Shown here one piece after another: positions 23,897 through 33,095 of a DNA stretch of 44,466 nucleotides (position 1 is the first letter of the stretch; every line of letters starts with the position of its first letter). The stretch spans positions 1-44,466 of the forward strand of contig JAUXUW010000247.1 of the NCBI GenBank assembly GCA_030684635.1. The letters are read 5' to 3'. This DNA is from Dehalococcoidia bacterium (GTDB taxonomy: Bacteria > Chloroflexota > Dehalococcoidia > UBA2979). The notes below the pieces were generated by a model. The model was given only the letters and a program-made list of their open reading frames with translations. It was not told the origin of the DNA and ran no database searches. A program made the translations under genes and the position numbers.

Positions 23897-24985
23897 GTGG
23901 CCCAGGACTTCCCACCGTTCGCTGAAGGCGTGCCGCCCGAGGTCGCCGAACTCCTGATGGCCCGCGGGGCTGGTCTCGCGGACCTCGGCACCCAATTGCG
24001 GGAAACCGCGCTGGTGGGCATCGAGAGCCTTGCCGGGCAGCGCGTGCTGCTCCAGGGCGTGTCGCTGGGGGTCACCGACCCCGCGGCGATCGAGTCCGAG
24101 TTCTCCGCGCTGGAGCACATGGGCTTCGAGGTCCGCCTGGCGTTGGCCCCGGGCGTCTCATTGCCCGCAGCGATCCTCATCTCCCTGGCGGACCTGGGTG
24201 CGCTCCTCCCGATCGACACCGGCGACGGCGACCTGGCCGACCCGGCGGTCGCAGCGGAGCACACCGACATTGTCGCCTCGGCGATGCGCGAATTCCTCGA
24301 CCTGGTGTCGGTGGCGCTCGGTGGTGACGCGCTCGCTGGCGTGGAGGTCTCACTCGCGAGCCAGCGGGTGGGCGCCGCGCAGGAGACCGCCGAACTGCTG
24401 GCCGGAGCCGCCGACGGGCTGTCGCTTGTCCGCGTCGACCTGGAGTTCGAGGCGAACGGCGCATCATCGCATGTGGTCGTCGTGGCCCCTGCGGCGCTCC
24501 TGGATGTCCTGATTGGCGATGACGCCGCAACGCTGCCGTCTCCGGCGTTCGCCGGGATTGGGCGGGACGCCGGCTCTATGGCTCAGGAGGACGCTCCCGT
24601 CAGTAACATCTCGTCGCTTCGTCCGGTCGGTGGCGCTGCCTCCACGCCGTCCGATGATGTGGATGTGCACCCGGTGCGCTTCCCGCCACTCCCGGAGGGC
24701 CGTCCGGCGCCGCTGCACTCGCCGCGCGCGTTCGACCTGATCATGGATGTCTCCATGCGGGTGACGGTGGAACTCGGGCGGTCGTCTATGACGGTGGAGG
24801 AGGTGCTGTCGCTCGGTCCCGGCTCGGTGGTGGAACTGAACAAACTCGCCGGCGAGCCGGTGGACGTGCTGGTCAACGAGCAGTTGATCGCGCGCGGTGA
24901 AGTGGTGGTGGTGGACGAGAACTTCGGCGTGCGCGTGACGGAGATCGTCTCGCCGCGTCGCCGCGTCCAGGCGATGGGGGCGTAG
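23897..24985 (+). CDS. fliY: Flagellar motor switch protein FliY/FliN (long form)
   Basis: The C-terminal FliN/SpoA domain is present (LIMDVSMRVTVELGRSSMTVEEVLSLGPGSVVELNKLAGEPVDVLVNEQLIARGEVVVVDENFGVRVTEI). A ~250-aa N-terminal region matches the size of Bacillus FliY. The start is GTG. Confidence 0.85.
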   Translation: MAQDFPPFAEGVPPEVAELLMARGAGLADLGTQLRETALVGIESLAGQRVLLQGVSLGVTDPAAIESEFSALEHMGFEVRLALAPGVSLPAAILISLADLGALLPIDTGDGDLADPAVAAEHTDIVASAMREFLDLVSVALGGDALAGVEVSLASQRVGAAQETAELLAGAADGLSLVRVDLEFEANGASSHVVVVAPAALLDVLIGDDAATLPSPAFAGIGRDAGSMAQEDAPVSNISSLRPVGGAASTPSDDVDVHPVRFPPLPEGRPAPLHSPRAFDLIMDVSMRVTVELGRSSMTVEEVLSLGPGSVVELNKLAGEPVDVLVNEQLIARGEVVVVDENFGVRVTEIVSPRRRVQAMGA

Positions 24986-24987
24986 CG

Positions 24988-26031
24988 ATGTCCCGCGCCC
25001 AGCACTCCCCCCGCGTCCGCACCGCGCGCCGTGCCGTTGCCGTCGCGGTCGGCGTTGTCTCCGCGCACCTGCTCCGCACCGTGGCCTTCGCGCAGGAAGC
25101 CGCCAGGGAGGTTGTGGAGGTAGGCGGCGGCGTCTCGTCGTTCGGGCTTGGGGACTGGGTGGGGCTGGTGCTCCGCCTGAGCCTGGTGCTGGGCGTGATC
25201 TGGGGCGCCGTTGCGGCGATGCGCTGGTACGTCCGTCGCACGCAGGGTGTGGGTGGCCGCGGGGCACTCGCGGCGCTCGAGGTGATCGAGACGCACGCGC
25301 TCGGTCCGAACCGCGCGCTGCACCTGGTGCGCCTCGGTGACCGCGCGGTGCTCGTGGGCGCGACCCCGGAGCGCATCACCAGCCTGATGACCGTGGACGA
25401 CCCAGAGGAGGTGCGCCGGTTGTCCGAGCACCCGGAGACCTCCGGGCGCCGCTCACTCTCCGCTTCGTTGGCCGGCTCGCTGAGCGGCGCCGCCAGCACG
25501 CTGGCCGGGTCGCGCGCAAGAGCAGAGGCCTCGCCCCGTGCGAATCAGGGCACGCGCCCGTCGCCGTTCGAGGCGATGACTGCCGGCCTGGCCGCCTTCC
25601 GGGAGATGATCCCCTCGATGCCGTCGCGCCCCCGCGCGGACGTCCGGGCAGACGAGGACGATGAGTTCGAAGAGTTCGAGGGCGACGCCATCGACCCGCG
25701 GCGGCCGCTGACGAGCCGCCTGCGGGGTGCGCGCGGCCTGTTCGGCCGTGTCCGCACCGCGCAGGATGCGCCCGCGTTCGACTTCGAGGAGCGCATCGAG
25801 GACCACGCGCCGCGCCGGTCGGCCGGGCTGTTCGAGCGCACGCTGGCCGCCGCTGAGACGGACGGCCGTGCCGACGCCGCGGAGTTCGAGACGTCTCGTG
25901 CGCTCCGTGCCCGCAATGGTTACGCCTCGACCCCCGCCTCGGTCGCCGCAGCGGCCGCCAGCGTGGACCGCGAGCGACGGATCGCAGATGTGCAGCGCGC
26001 GATCGCCGAAGCGCGGAGGAACGCCGGTTGA
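24988..26031 (+). CDS. fliO: Flagellar biosynthesis protein FliO with a long low-complexity C-terminal extension
   Basis: A TM segment and the FliO core are present (WVGLVLRLSLVLGVIWGAVAAMRWY...LEVIETHALGPNRALHLVRLGDRAVLVGATPERIT). About 200 further residues are rich in R/A/E/D/S. The gene sits between fliY and fliP. Confidence 0.7.
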   Translation: MSRAQHSPRVRTARRAVAVAVGVVSAHLLRTVAFAQEAAREVVEVGGGVSSFGLGDWVGLVLRLSLVLGVIWGAVAAMRWYVRRTQGVGGRGALAALEVIETHALGPNRALHLVRLGDRAVLVGATPERITSLMTVDDPEEVRRLSEHPETSGRRSLSASLAGSLSGAASTLAGSRARAEASPRANQGTRPSPFEAMTAGLAAFREMIPSMPSRPRADVRADEDDEFEEFEGDAIDPRRPLTSRLRGARGLFGRVRTAQDAPAFDFEERIEDHAPRRSAGLFERTLAAAETDGRADAAEFETSRALRARNGYASTPASVAAAAASVDRERRIADVQRAIAEARRNAG

Positions 26032-26837
26032 ACCGTCCCCTCCCACGGCCGTTCCCGACCTGGCGTCGCCCGCATCCGTCTCGACGGACGCTGGCGATGC
26101 TCGCCCTCGGCGGCATGGTGATGCTGATGGCGTCCGGTTGCGTGGCGCCGGACGGCACCGTGACCGCGCCGGGCGTGGGCCCTCAGTCGGTGGACGACCC
26201 CTCGGGCCGGGCGAGCGGGGTTCAACTGCTGTTGCTGCTCACCACGCTCTCGCTGGCGCCGGCGCTGCTGATCATGGTGACCTCCTTCACCCGCATCGTG
26301 ATCGTGCTCTCGCTCGTGCGGAACGCGATGGGCGTGCCGCAACTGCCGCCGAACCAGGTGCTGGTGGGCATCGCCTTCCTGCTGACGGTGTTCGTGATGG
26401 CGCCCGTGTGGACCACCGTGAACGAGGAGGCGCTCCAGCCGTACCTCGCGGGGACCATTGACCAGGGCGAGGCCATGGACCGTGCGGAAGGCCCGGTGCG
26501 GAAGTTCATGCTGGCGCAGACGCGCGAGCAGGATCTGGCGCTGTTCGTTGGCCTGAGCCAGGAGACGCGCCCGGCGAACGTCTCCGAAGTGCCGACCTAT
26601 GTGATCATCCCGGGTTTCATCGTGAGCGAGTTGAAGACGGCGTTCCTCATGGGGTTCGTCATCTTCATCCCGTTTCTGGTGATCGACATCGTCGTCTCGT
26701 CGGCGCTGCTGTCGATGGGCATGATGATGCTGCCCCCGGTCGTCGTGTCCCTGCCGTTCAAGATCCTGCTGTTCGTCCTGGTGGACGGATGGAGCCTGAT
26801 CATCGGCTCGCTCGTGACGAGCTTCGTCACTGTCTGA
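26028..26837 (+). CDS. fliP: Flagellar export gate protein FliP
   Basis: LLLLLTTLSLAPALLIMVTSFTRIVIVLSLVRNAMG...IPGFIVSELKTAFLMGF are FliP hallmarks. The TTG start overlaps the fliO stop (TTGA), and a downstream ATG is also possible. Confidence 0.9.
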   Translation: MNRPLPRPFPTWRRPHPSRRTLAMLALGGMVMLMASGCVAPDGTVTAPGVGPQSVDDPSGRASGVQLLLLLTTLSLAPALLIMVTSFTRIVIVLSLVRNAMGVPQLPPNQVLVGIAFLLTVFVMAPVWTTVNEEALQPYLAGTIDQGEAMDRAEGPVRKFMLAQTREQDLALFVGLSQETRPANVSEVPTYVIIPGFIVSELKTAFLMGFVIFIPFLVIDIVVSSALLSMGMMMLPPVVVSLPFKILLFVLVDGWSLIIGSLVTSFVTV

Positions 26838-26864
26838 TCCGCGCCGCATAGGAGTTCACCCGCA

Positions 26865-27134
26865 ATGACGGACGGTAATGTCATCGCTCTGGCTCAGGAC
26901 GCACTGGTCACCACGCTGCTGGTGTCCGGTCCAATCCTCATTGTGAGCCTCGTCATCGGCATGTTGATCTCCGTCTTCCAGGCGATGACCCAGATCAACG
27001 AGGTGACGCTGACGTTCGTGCCCAAGATCCTCGGCGTGTTCGCCGTGGCCGCGGTCCTGGGGCCCTGGATGATCGGCACGATGGTGAACTACACCATCCG
27101 CCTGTTCGCGCTGCTTCCGGTGCTGGCCCGCTAG
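26865..27134 (+). CDS. fliQ: Flagellar export gate protein FliQ
   Basis: 89 aa with two TM segments. GPILIVSLVIGMLISVFQAMTQINEVTLTFVPKI is the FliQ signature. Confidence 0.9.
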   Translation: MTDGNVIALAQDALVTTLLVSGPILIVSLVIGMLISVFQAMTQINEVTLTFVPKILGVFAVAAVLGPWMIGTMVNYTIRLFALLPVLAR

Positions 27135-27914
27135 GTGCTGAGCGAGGTGTTCGCCGTCTCGCCGCAGTGGTCGGCACACTTCCTGCTCGTGCTGGGGCGG
27201 GTGACGGCGGCCGTGGTCGCGGCGCCGCTGTTCGGCGCTCGCTCCGTGCCCACGCAGATCAAGGTCGGGCTGTCCATCCTTCTGGCGCTGATCGTCCTTC
27301 CGCTGGAGGGCACGCCGCTCACGGCGATCCCCGTTGACCTGTTCTCGTTCGCGTCTGCCTTCGGGATGGAGATCCTGATCGGCATCGCGTTTGGCATCGG
27401 TGTGATGCTTGTGTTCCAGGGCATGGAGATGGCCGCCTCGATCGTGAGCATCCAGATGGGCTTCGGCCTTGGCGAGATCTTCGATCCGCTGACCGGCGCG
27501 CAGACCGGTGTGCTGCAGCAGTTTTACAAGATGCTGGTGACGCTGATCTTCTTCGCGATGAACGGCCACTACCTCGTTATCCAGGGCATCCTTCATACGT
27601 TCGAGGTGATTCCGCCGGGCACCGGTGATCTGACCGTGATCGCCGGCGACCGCGTCGCGCCGTTCTTTGGTGCGCTTCTGGTGACCTCGATCCAGATCGC
27701 GCTTCCGGTGTTTGGCGCGCTGATGCTCACCGACCTCGCGATGGCGCTCGTCGGCCGCACGGTGCCGCAGCTCAACGTCCTGGTCGTCGGCTTCCCCGTG
27801 AAGATCGGCGTCGGCCTCGTGACTCTTGCCGCGGCCATGCCGCTCATGACGACATTCATCAGCGCCACCCTGGGGCGGGCGCTAGTGGACGTCAACGGAC
27901 TGTTGAGGCCGTAG
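27135..27914 (+). CDS. fliR: Flagellar export gate protein FliR
   Basis: 259-aa polytopic protein (FLLVLGRVTAAVVAAPLFG...) positioned between fliQ and flhB. The start is GTG. Confidence 0.85.
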   Translation: MLSEVFAVSPQWSAHFLLVLGRVTAAVVAAPLFGARSVPTQIKVGLSILLALIVLPLEGTPLTAIPVDLFSFASAFGMEILIGIAFGIGVMLVFQGMEMAASIVSIQMGFGLGEIFDPLTGAQTGVLQQFYKMLVTLIFFAMNGHYLVIQGILHTFEVIPPGTGDLTVIAGDRVAPFFGALLVTSIQIALPVFGALMLTDLAMALVGRTVPQLNVLVVGFPVKIGVGLVTLAAAMPLMTTFISATLGRALVDVNGLLRP

Positions 27915-27916
27915 CC

Positions 27917-28996
27917 ATGGCAGGCGAGAAGACCGAAGCCCCTACGCCACGCCGGATGGACGACGCCCGCAAGCGCGGACAGGTCGCGCGCTCCCGCGAG
28001 GTCGACAGCGCGATCGTGATCCTCGCGACGCTCCTGGTCTTCCGGTTCTCCGGTGGCGGGATGTGGGCCTCTCTGGAAGCGCTTGCGATCGACGCCTGGC
28101 GAAGACCGGGCGATGAGGTGCTATCTACGGACCTGGCGGGGGTGATTGGCGTCCAGATCGTCATCCGCATCCTGCTCGTCCTGGCTCCGCTGATCGGCGC
28201 GATTACGTTCTTCTCCGTGCTCGGCGGGATGGCTCAGACTGGTGGGCCACTCTTCTCGAAGGATGCGCTGAAGCCCAAGCTCAACCGCATGGACCCGCTG
28301 AAAGGCGGCAAGCGCCTGATCGCGTCTCGCCAGGCGTACGTGAACCTCGTGAAGTCGCTCGCCAAGTTCGGCATCCTCGGCGGGGTCGCGGTCCTGATCT
28401 TCAAGCACCGTTGGGACGACATCACCTCGGCCGGGATGCAGGCCGGCCTGACGCCCGCGGTGGCGATGCTCATCGACGTGGCGTTCGACCTCATGCTCTG
28501 GACCGCGGTCGTGCTGATCGTCATGGCCGCGGCGGACTACCTGTTCCAGAAGCAGGACCTGGCGCGCTCGCTGCGGATGTCTCGCCAGGAAGTCCAGGAC
28601 GAGATGAAGCAGTCGGACGGCGACCCGCAGATGAAGGCGCAGATGGCGCGTGCTCGCCGGCAACTGCTCCAACGGATCATGAAGTCCGTCCCGAAGGCGG
28701 ACGTGGTGCTGATGAACCCCACCCACTACGCGGTCGCGCTCCGGTACGACCCCGCCACCTCGCCCGCGCCGATCGTGGTCGCGAAGGGCATGAACCTCGT
28801 CGCGCTCCGGATCCGCGAGATCGCGGAGGAGAACGGCGTGACCGTGATCACGAATCCACCGCTCGCGCGCGCGCTCTACAAGGCGACGCGTGTGGGCCAG
28901 GAGATCCCGGCCGACCTGTACGAGGCGGTCGCGGAGATCCTTGCCTTCGTCTACCGGCTCCGGACCTCGCGGTTCGGCCGGCGGGCTGTGGCGTAA
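27917..28996 (+). CDS. flhB: Flagellar export switch protein FlhB
   Basis: MAGEKTEAPTPRRMDDARKRGQVARSRE is the N-terminus. The NPTH autocleavage site is present (VLMNPTHYAVAL). Confidence 0.9.
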   Translation: MAGEKTEAPTPRRMDDARKRGQVARSREVDSAIVILATLLVFRFSGGGMWASLEALAIDAWRRPGDEVLSTDLAGVIGVQIVIRILLVLAPLIGAITFFSVLGGMAQTGGPLFSKDALKPKLNRMDPLKGGKRLIASRQAYVNLVKSLAKFGILGGVAVLIFKHRWDDITSAGMQAGLTPAVAMLIDVAFDLMLWTAVVLIVMAAADYLFQKQDLARSLRMSRQEVQDEMKQSDGDPQMKAQMARARRQLLQRIMKSVPKADVVLMNPTHYAVALRYDPATSPAPIVVAKGMNLVALRIREIAEENGVTVITNPPLARALYKATRVGQEIPADLYEAVAEILAFVYRLRTSRFGRRAVA

Positions 28997-29017
28997 CCGG
29001 GCAGAGGGAGCAGGACG

Positions 29018-31129
29018 ATGGCGGCAGCACGGACATCGGCGCGCAGGGACACCACGGACGTGGGGTTGCTCTCCATCATCACGCGCAATTCGGACGTGGC
29101 GCTGGCGATCACGGTGCTCGCGGTCATCGGCCTCATGATCGTGCCGGTGCCGCCGATGGTGCTGAGCCTGCTGATCGTCGCCAACTTCGCCGCCTCCGTC
29201 ACGATCATGCTGATCGCGATGTACACGCGGGAGGTGCTGTCGTTCAGCGTCTTCCCATCCCTCCTGTTGCTGGTCACGCTCTTCCGCCTGGCGATCAACA
29301 TCGCCTCGACGCGCCTGATCCTGCTCTATGGCGACGCCGGCTCGGTCATCGATGCGTTCGGTGAGTTCGTGATCGGCGGCTCGCTGATCGTCGGCATCGT
29401 GGTGTTCCTCATCCTGCTCGTGATCCAGTTCGTGGTGATCACGAACGGTGCCGGCCGGGTCGCGGAGGTCGCCGCCCGGTTCACCCTGGACGCCATGCCC
29501 GGCAAGCAGATGTCGATCGATGCCGACCTGAACGCCGGCCTCATCTCAGACACCGAGGCGCGGACGCGCCGGGCGAAGATCTCCGCGGAAGCGGACTTCT
29601 ACGGCGCGATGGACGGCGCCTCCAAGTTCGTGAAGGGCGACGCGGTCGCCGGGCTGATCATCACCTCGATCAACCTCATCGGCGGCATGACGATCGGGAT
29701 CATGCAGCAAGGGCTTGCGCCGGGGGAGGCGGTCTCCGCCTTCTCCATCCTGACCGTCGGCGACGGCCTCGTCTCGCAGATCCCGGCGCTCCTGGTCTCG
29801 ACCGCGACGGGCATCATCGTGACCCGCGCGGCGTCCGAGGGCCACCTGGGTCAGGACATCGGCGGGCAGTTGTTCTCCAACCCGCGCGTCATGTTCATCG
29901 TCGCGGGCATCCTGACAACCTTTGGCCTAGTACCGGGACTTCCCCGATCCCCGTTCTTCATCATCGCGGCCATCATGGGAGGCGCCGGGTACCTTCTCCG
30001 CCAGCGCCAGCGGGCGCGGGCGGTGGAAGTGGCCGAGGCCCGCGAGGTTGAAGACCGGGATGAAGCGCAGAGCGTGGACTCCGTGGTCAACATGCTCCGG
30101 GTTGATCCGCTGGAGGTGGAGGTCGGATACGGCCTCATCCCGCTGGTGGACGGCGAACACGGCGGGAATCTGCTGCACCGGATCACCATCATGCGACGTC
30201 AGATCGCCACGGACCTTGGCATTGTGGTCCCGATGATCCGGATTCGGGACAACCTGTCGTTGCCCGCGAACCAGTACGTCTTGAAGCTGCGCGGTATCGA
30301 AATCGGCGGCGGCCAGCTCCTCGCCGGCCAGTTTCTGGCGATGGACTCCGGCCTGGCGACGGCAGAGATCGCCGGCACGGCCACGACCGAACCGGCCTTC
30401 GGCCTCCCGGCGCGCTGGATTGCCCCCGCGGACAAGCAACAGGCCGAGTTCCTGGGCTACACGGTGGTCGACCCGCCGTCCGTCCTCATTACTCACGTCT
30501 CGGAACTCATCAAGCGGCACTCGCCGGAACTGCTGTCCCGCCAGGATGTGCAGACGCTCCTCAACCACCTCAAGGAGGAGTATCCAGCCGTGGTGGACGA
30601 GCTGGTCCCCGGCATCCTCACCGTGGGCGAGGTGCAGGGCGTCCTGCAGTTGCTGCTGGCCGAGGGCGTCTCCGTCCGCGACCTGGTCACCATCGCCGAG
30701 ACGCTGGCCGACCTGGGCCGCCAGACGAAGGAGATCGAGGCGCTGACGGAGGGTGTCCGCACTGCGCTGGCGCGCCAGATCACCATGCAGCACCGCGCCG
30801 CGGACAACCGCATCCATGCCATGACGCTGAACCCGCGCCTGGAGCAATCGCTCGCGCAGGCGCTGACGCCCACGGACGCCGGGATGGCGCTCGTGGTGTC
30901 GCCGGACCTGCTGCAGCGACTGCTGACGGCGGTCGCGGCACAACTCGAACGCGCCGCTGCCCAGGGCCGGCAGCCGGTCTTGCTCACGTCCAGCCGCATC
31001 CGGCGGCCGCTCCGACGGCTGCTTGAGCGTTCCGTACCGGCGTTGCCGGTGATCGCCTTCGCGGAGATCGCGCGCGAGGTCGAGGTGGAAGCGATCGCAC
31101 AGGTGGAGGTGGAATATGCAGCAGCCTAA
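29018..31129 (+). CDS. flhA: Flagellar export apparatus protein FlhA
   Basis: 703 aa. The FHIPEP region is present (RFTLDAMPGKQMSIDADLNAGLI...FYGAMDGASKFVKGDAVAG), with a cytoplasmic C-terminal domain. Confidence 0.9.
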   Translation: MAAARTSARRDTTDVGLLSIITRNSDVALAITVLAVIGLMIVPVPPMVLSLLIVANFAASVTIMLIAMYTREVLSFSVFPSLLLLVTLFRLAINIASTRLILLYGDAGSVIDAFGEFVIGGSLIVGIVVFLILLVIQFVVITNGAGRVAEVAARFTLDAMPGKQMSIDADLNAGLISDTEARTRRAKISAEADFYGAMDGASKFVKGDAVAGLIITSINLIGGMTIGIMQQGLAPGEAVSAFSILTVGDGLVSQIPALLVSTATGIIVTRAASEGHLGQDIGGQLFSNPRVMFIVAGILTTFGLVPGLPRSPFFIIAAIMGGAGYLLRQRQRARAVEVAEAREVEDRDEAQSVDSVVNMLRVDPLEVEVGYGLIPLVDGEHGGNLLHRITIMRRQIATDLGIVVPMIRIRDNLSLPANQYVLKLRGIEIGGGQLLAGQFLAMDSGLATAEIAGTATTEPAFGLPARWIAPADKQQAEFLGYTVVDPPSVLITHVSELIKRHSPELLSRQDVQTLLNHLKEEYPAVVDELVPGILTVGEVQGVLQLLLAEGVSVRDLVTIAETLADLGRQTKEIEALTEGVRTALARQITMQHRAADNRIHAMTLNPRLEQSLAQALTPTDAGMALVVSPDLLQRLLTAVAAQLERAAAQGRQPVLLTSSRIRRPLRRLLERSVPALPVIAFAEIAREVEVEAIAQVEVEYAAA

Positions 31130-32429
31130 GCGGTTCCAGGCAGGCACGCTGGCCGAGGCGTACGACAAGGTGCGCCGCGAACTGGGTGCGGACGCCGTGA
31201 TCCTCTCCACCCGCAAGGCGTATGCACCGGGGCTCTTTGGCCAGCCGGGCCGGCAGTTCGTGGAGGTGGTTGCACACCTTCCCACGGTCGCCGAGGCCGC
31301 ACCCACGGGACGCCGCCCCATGCTGGAGCAGGACCTGGCGGCGCACGACATGATCCGTGCGGTCGCGGAGGCCACGGCCGCCGCTCCGCTCGAGGAGTCG
31401 AAGCCTGCCCCTGCCACGCACTCCGGGTTCCTGCGTGCCGCTGCCGCCGCGGACCCAGAGGAGTCCGAGTCGGAGGTCGCCCGTCAGTCGCTGCCTGCCG
31501 CTGAACTGGCGCCGCTCAGCCGGCAACTGGACCAGATGCGCACGCTCCTGGAGTCCCTGGTCGCGGACCGTGCCGGCGCGCGCATGGACGCGGCCCCGGC
31601 CGCTGCCCGCGACCTGCGCGACCGCCTGATCCGCCACGGCGTCTCGCCGCGCCTGGCTGCGACCATCCTCGGCGAGGCCGGGGAGGCCGTGGTGCGCGCC
31701 GACAACGTGGACGCGATGGCGCGGACGGTCGAGCGCAAGATCGCCGCGAAGCTGCCGCAGACGAGCACGCCGACGTTCGGGCGCCGCCCGCTGGCGATCT
31801 TCCTCGTGGGCCCCGGAGGCGCCGGCAAGACCACGGTCGCCGTGCGCCTGGGCCTGGAACTGGAGCGCGCCAACGGCCTGCGCGTGGCGCTGGCCGGCAC
31901 GGACGTGAACCGTGCGGGTGCGCCGCAGCAGCTGCTGGCGTATGGCGCCGCGACCGGGCTGCCCGTGCACCTGTGCTACGGCCCGGAGGAACTCGATGAG
32001 TTGCTCCGGTCGGGCAGCGCCGACGTCGTGGTCGTGGACACCCCCGGCCACAATGGCCTGAAGCGCGACCGCATGGCGGAACTCAGCGCCTTCCTCGGGG
32101 TCGCGCGCACCAGGTCCGTGTTGCTCACCCTGCCGGCGACGATGAAGGGGAGTGACCTCACGGATGTCGTCGCAGCCTTCAGCACCGTGGGTGTGGATGG
32201 TCTGGTCGCGACCCGTTGCGACGAGACCTCGCACTTCGGCGCGCTGGTGGACGTGGCCGTGGATGCCGCAATCGGCTTCGCGTACACCACGCACTCCGAC
32301 CAGGTGAGCGAGGCTCCGCGGACTGCGGACAACCTGGCCCTGGCCACGGCGGTCGTGGCAGCCGAATGGACTGCGCCTTCGCCGGTGAACGCCGCGTCAG
32401 CGCCGCGTCGATTGGCACGGGTGGGCTAG
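31116..32429 (+). CDS. flhF: Flagellar biosynthesis GTPase FlhF (SRP-type)
   Basis: The N-terminal B-domain is MQQPKRFQAGTLAEAYDKVRRELG. The SRP-GTPase motifs are LVGPGGAGKTT, VVDTPG and TRCDET. The gene overlaps the flhA end by 14 nt. Confidence 0.85.
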   Translation: MQQPKRFQAGTLAEAYDKVRRELGADAVILSTRKAYAPGLFGQPGRQFVEVVAHLPTVAEAAPTGRRPMLEQDLAAHDMIRAVAEATAAAPLEESKPAPATHSGFLRAAAAADPEESESEVARQSLPAAELAPLSRQLDQMRTLLESLVADRAGARMDAAPAAARDLRDRLIRHGVSPRLAATILGEAGEAVVRADNVDAMARTVERKIAAKLPQTSTPTFGRRPLAIFLVGPGGAGKTTVAVRLGLELERANGLRVALAGTDVNRAGAPQQLLAYGAATGLPVHLCYGPEELDELLRSGSADVVVVDTPGHNGLKRDRMAELSAFLGVARTRSVLLTLPATMKGSDLTDVVAAFSTVGVDGLVATRCDETSHFGALVDVAVDAAIGFAYTTHSDQVSEAPRTADNLALATAVVAAEWTAPSPVNAASAPRRLARVG

Positions 32430-32435
32430 CCGGGC

Positions 32436-33095
32436 GTGTCCTCCTTCATCGACCTCAAGCCCGGTACACGGGTGAACGTGACCCCCCCGGAGGATCCGGG
32501 AGGGGCCACATACGAGTGCACCATCCGCCAGGTGACCCCTCGCGGCATGCGCCTGAGCACGCCGCGGCGTGATGGCGAGGTGCTGGAGGTCGTCCCGGGC
32601 GAAGAGCTGGCGATGTTCACCATGCTCCACGGGCGGGTCTACCGCTTCCAGGTGGCCGTGCGCCTGGTGGAGTTCACCGAGTACGACAGCATCACCGTGG
32701 AACTCCCGGCAGAGGCGGAGCGTACGGAGCGACGTGCGTACTACCGCCTGCCAACCCGCATCGAGCCGCGCCTCGCCATGCGCCTGGACGATGCGGGGAA
32801 GGAAGTCCAGCGGCTGAACGTGACGGTCATGGACATGTCGGGCGGCGGCATGCTGCTGCAGGTGCGGGAGTACATTCCGTCCGGCGCCCGCATCCGCATC
32901 GTGCTGGAACTGGAGGGCGAGCCGCTGGAGTTGGACATGCTGATGCAGGCCCTCAGCGTGCAGCGCCCCTCGACCTCCGCCCAGTACTACCGCGTGAACA
33001 GCCAGTTCATCGATCCCGACCGCCGGGAGCGCGAGCGCGTGGTCCGCTACATCTTTCGCCAGCAAGTGGAGATGCGACGCAAGGGGGTCATCTAG
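32436..33095 (+). CDS. PilZ-domain c-di-GMP receptor, YcgR/MotI-like flagellar brake candidate
   Basis: The PilZ motifs RRAYYR (RxxxR) and DMSGGG (DxSxxG) are correctly spaced in the C-terminal half. The N-terminal ~95 aa resemble a PilZN/YcgR-N barrel. The start is GTG. Confidence 0.75.
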   Translation: MSSFIDLKPGTRVNVTPPEDPGGATYECTIRQVTPRGMRLSTPRRDGEVLEVVPGEELAMFTMLHGRVYRFQVAVRLVEFTEYDSITVELPAEAERTERRAYYRLPTRIEPRLAMRLDDAGKEVQRLNVTVMDMSGGGMLLQVREYIPSGARIRIVLELEGEPLELDMLMQALSVQRPSTSAQYYRVNSQFIDPDRRERERVVRYIFRQQVEMRRKGVI

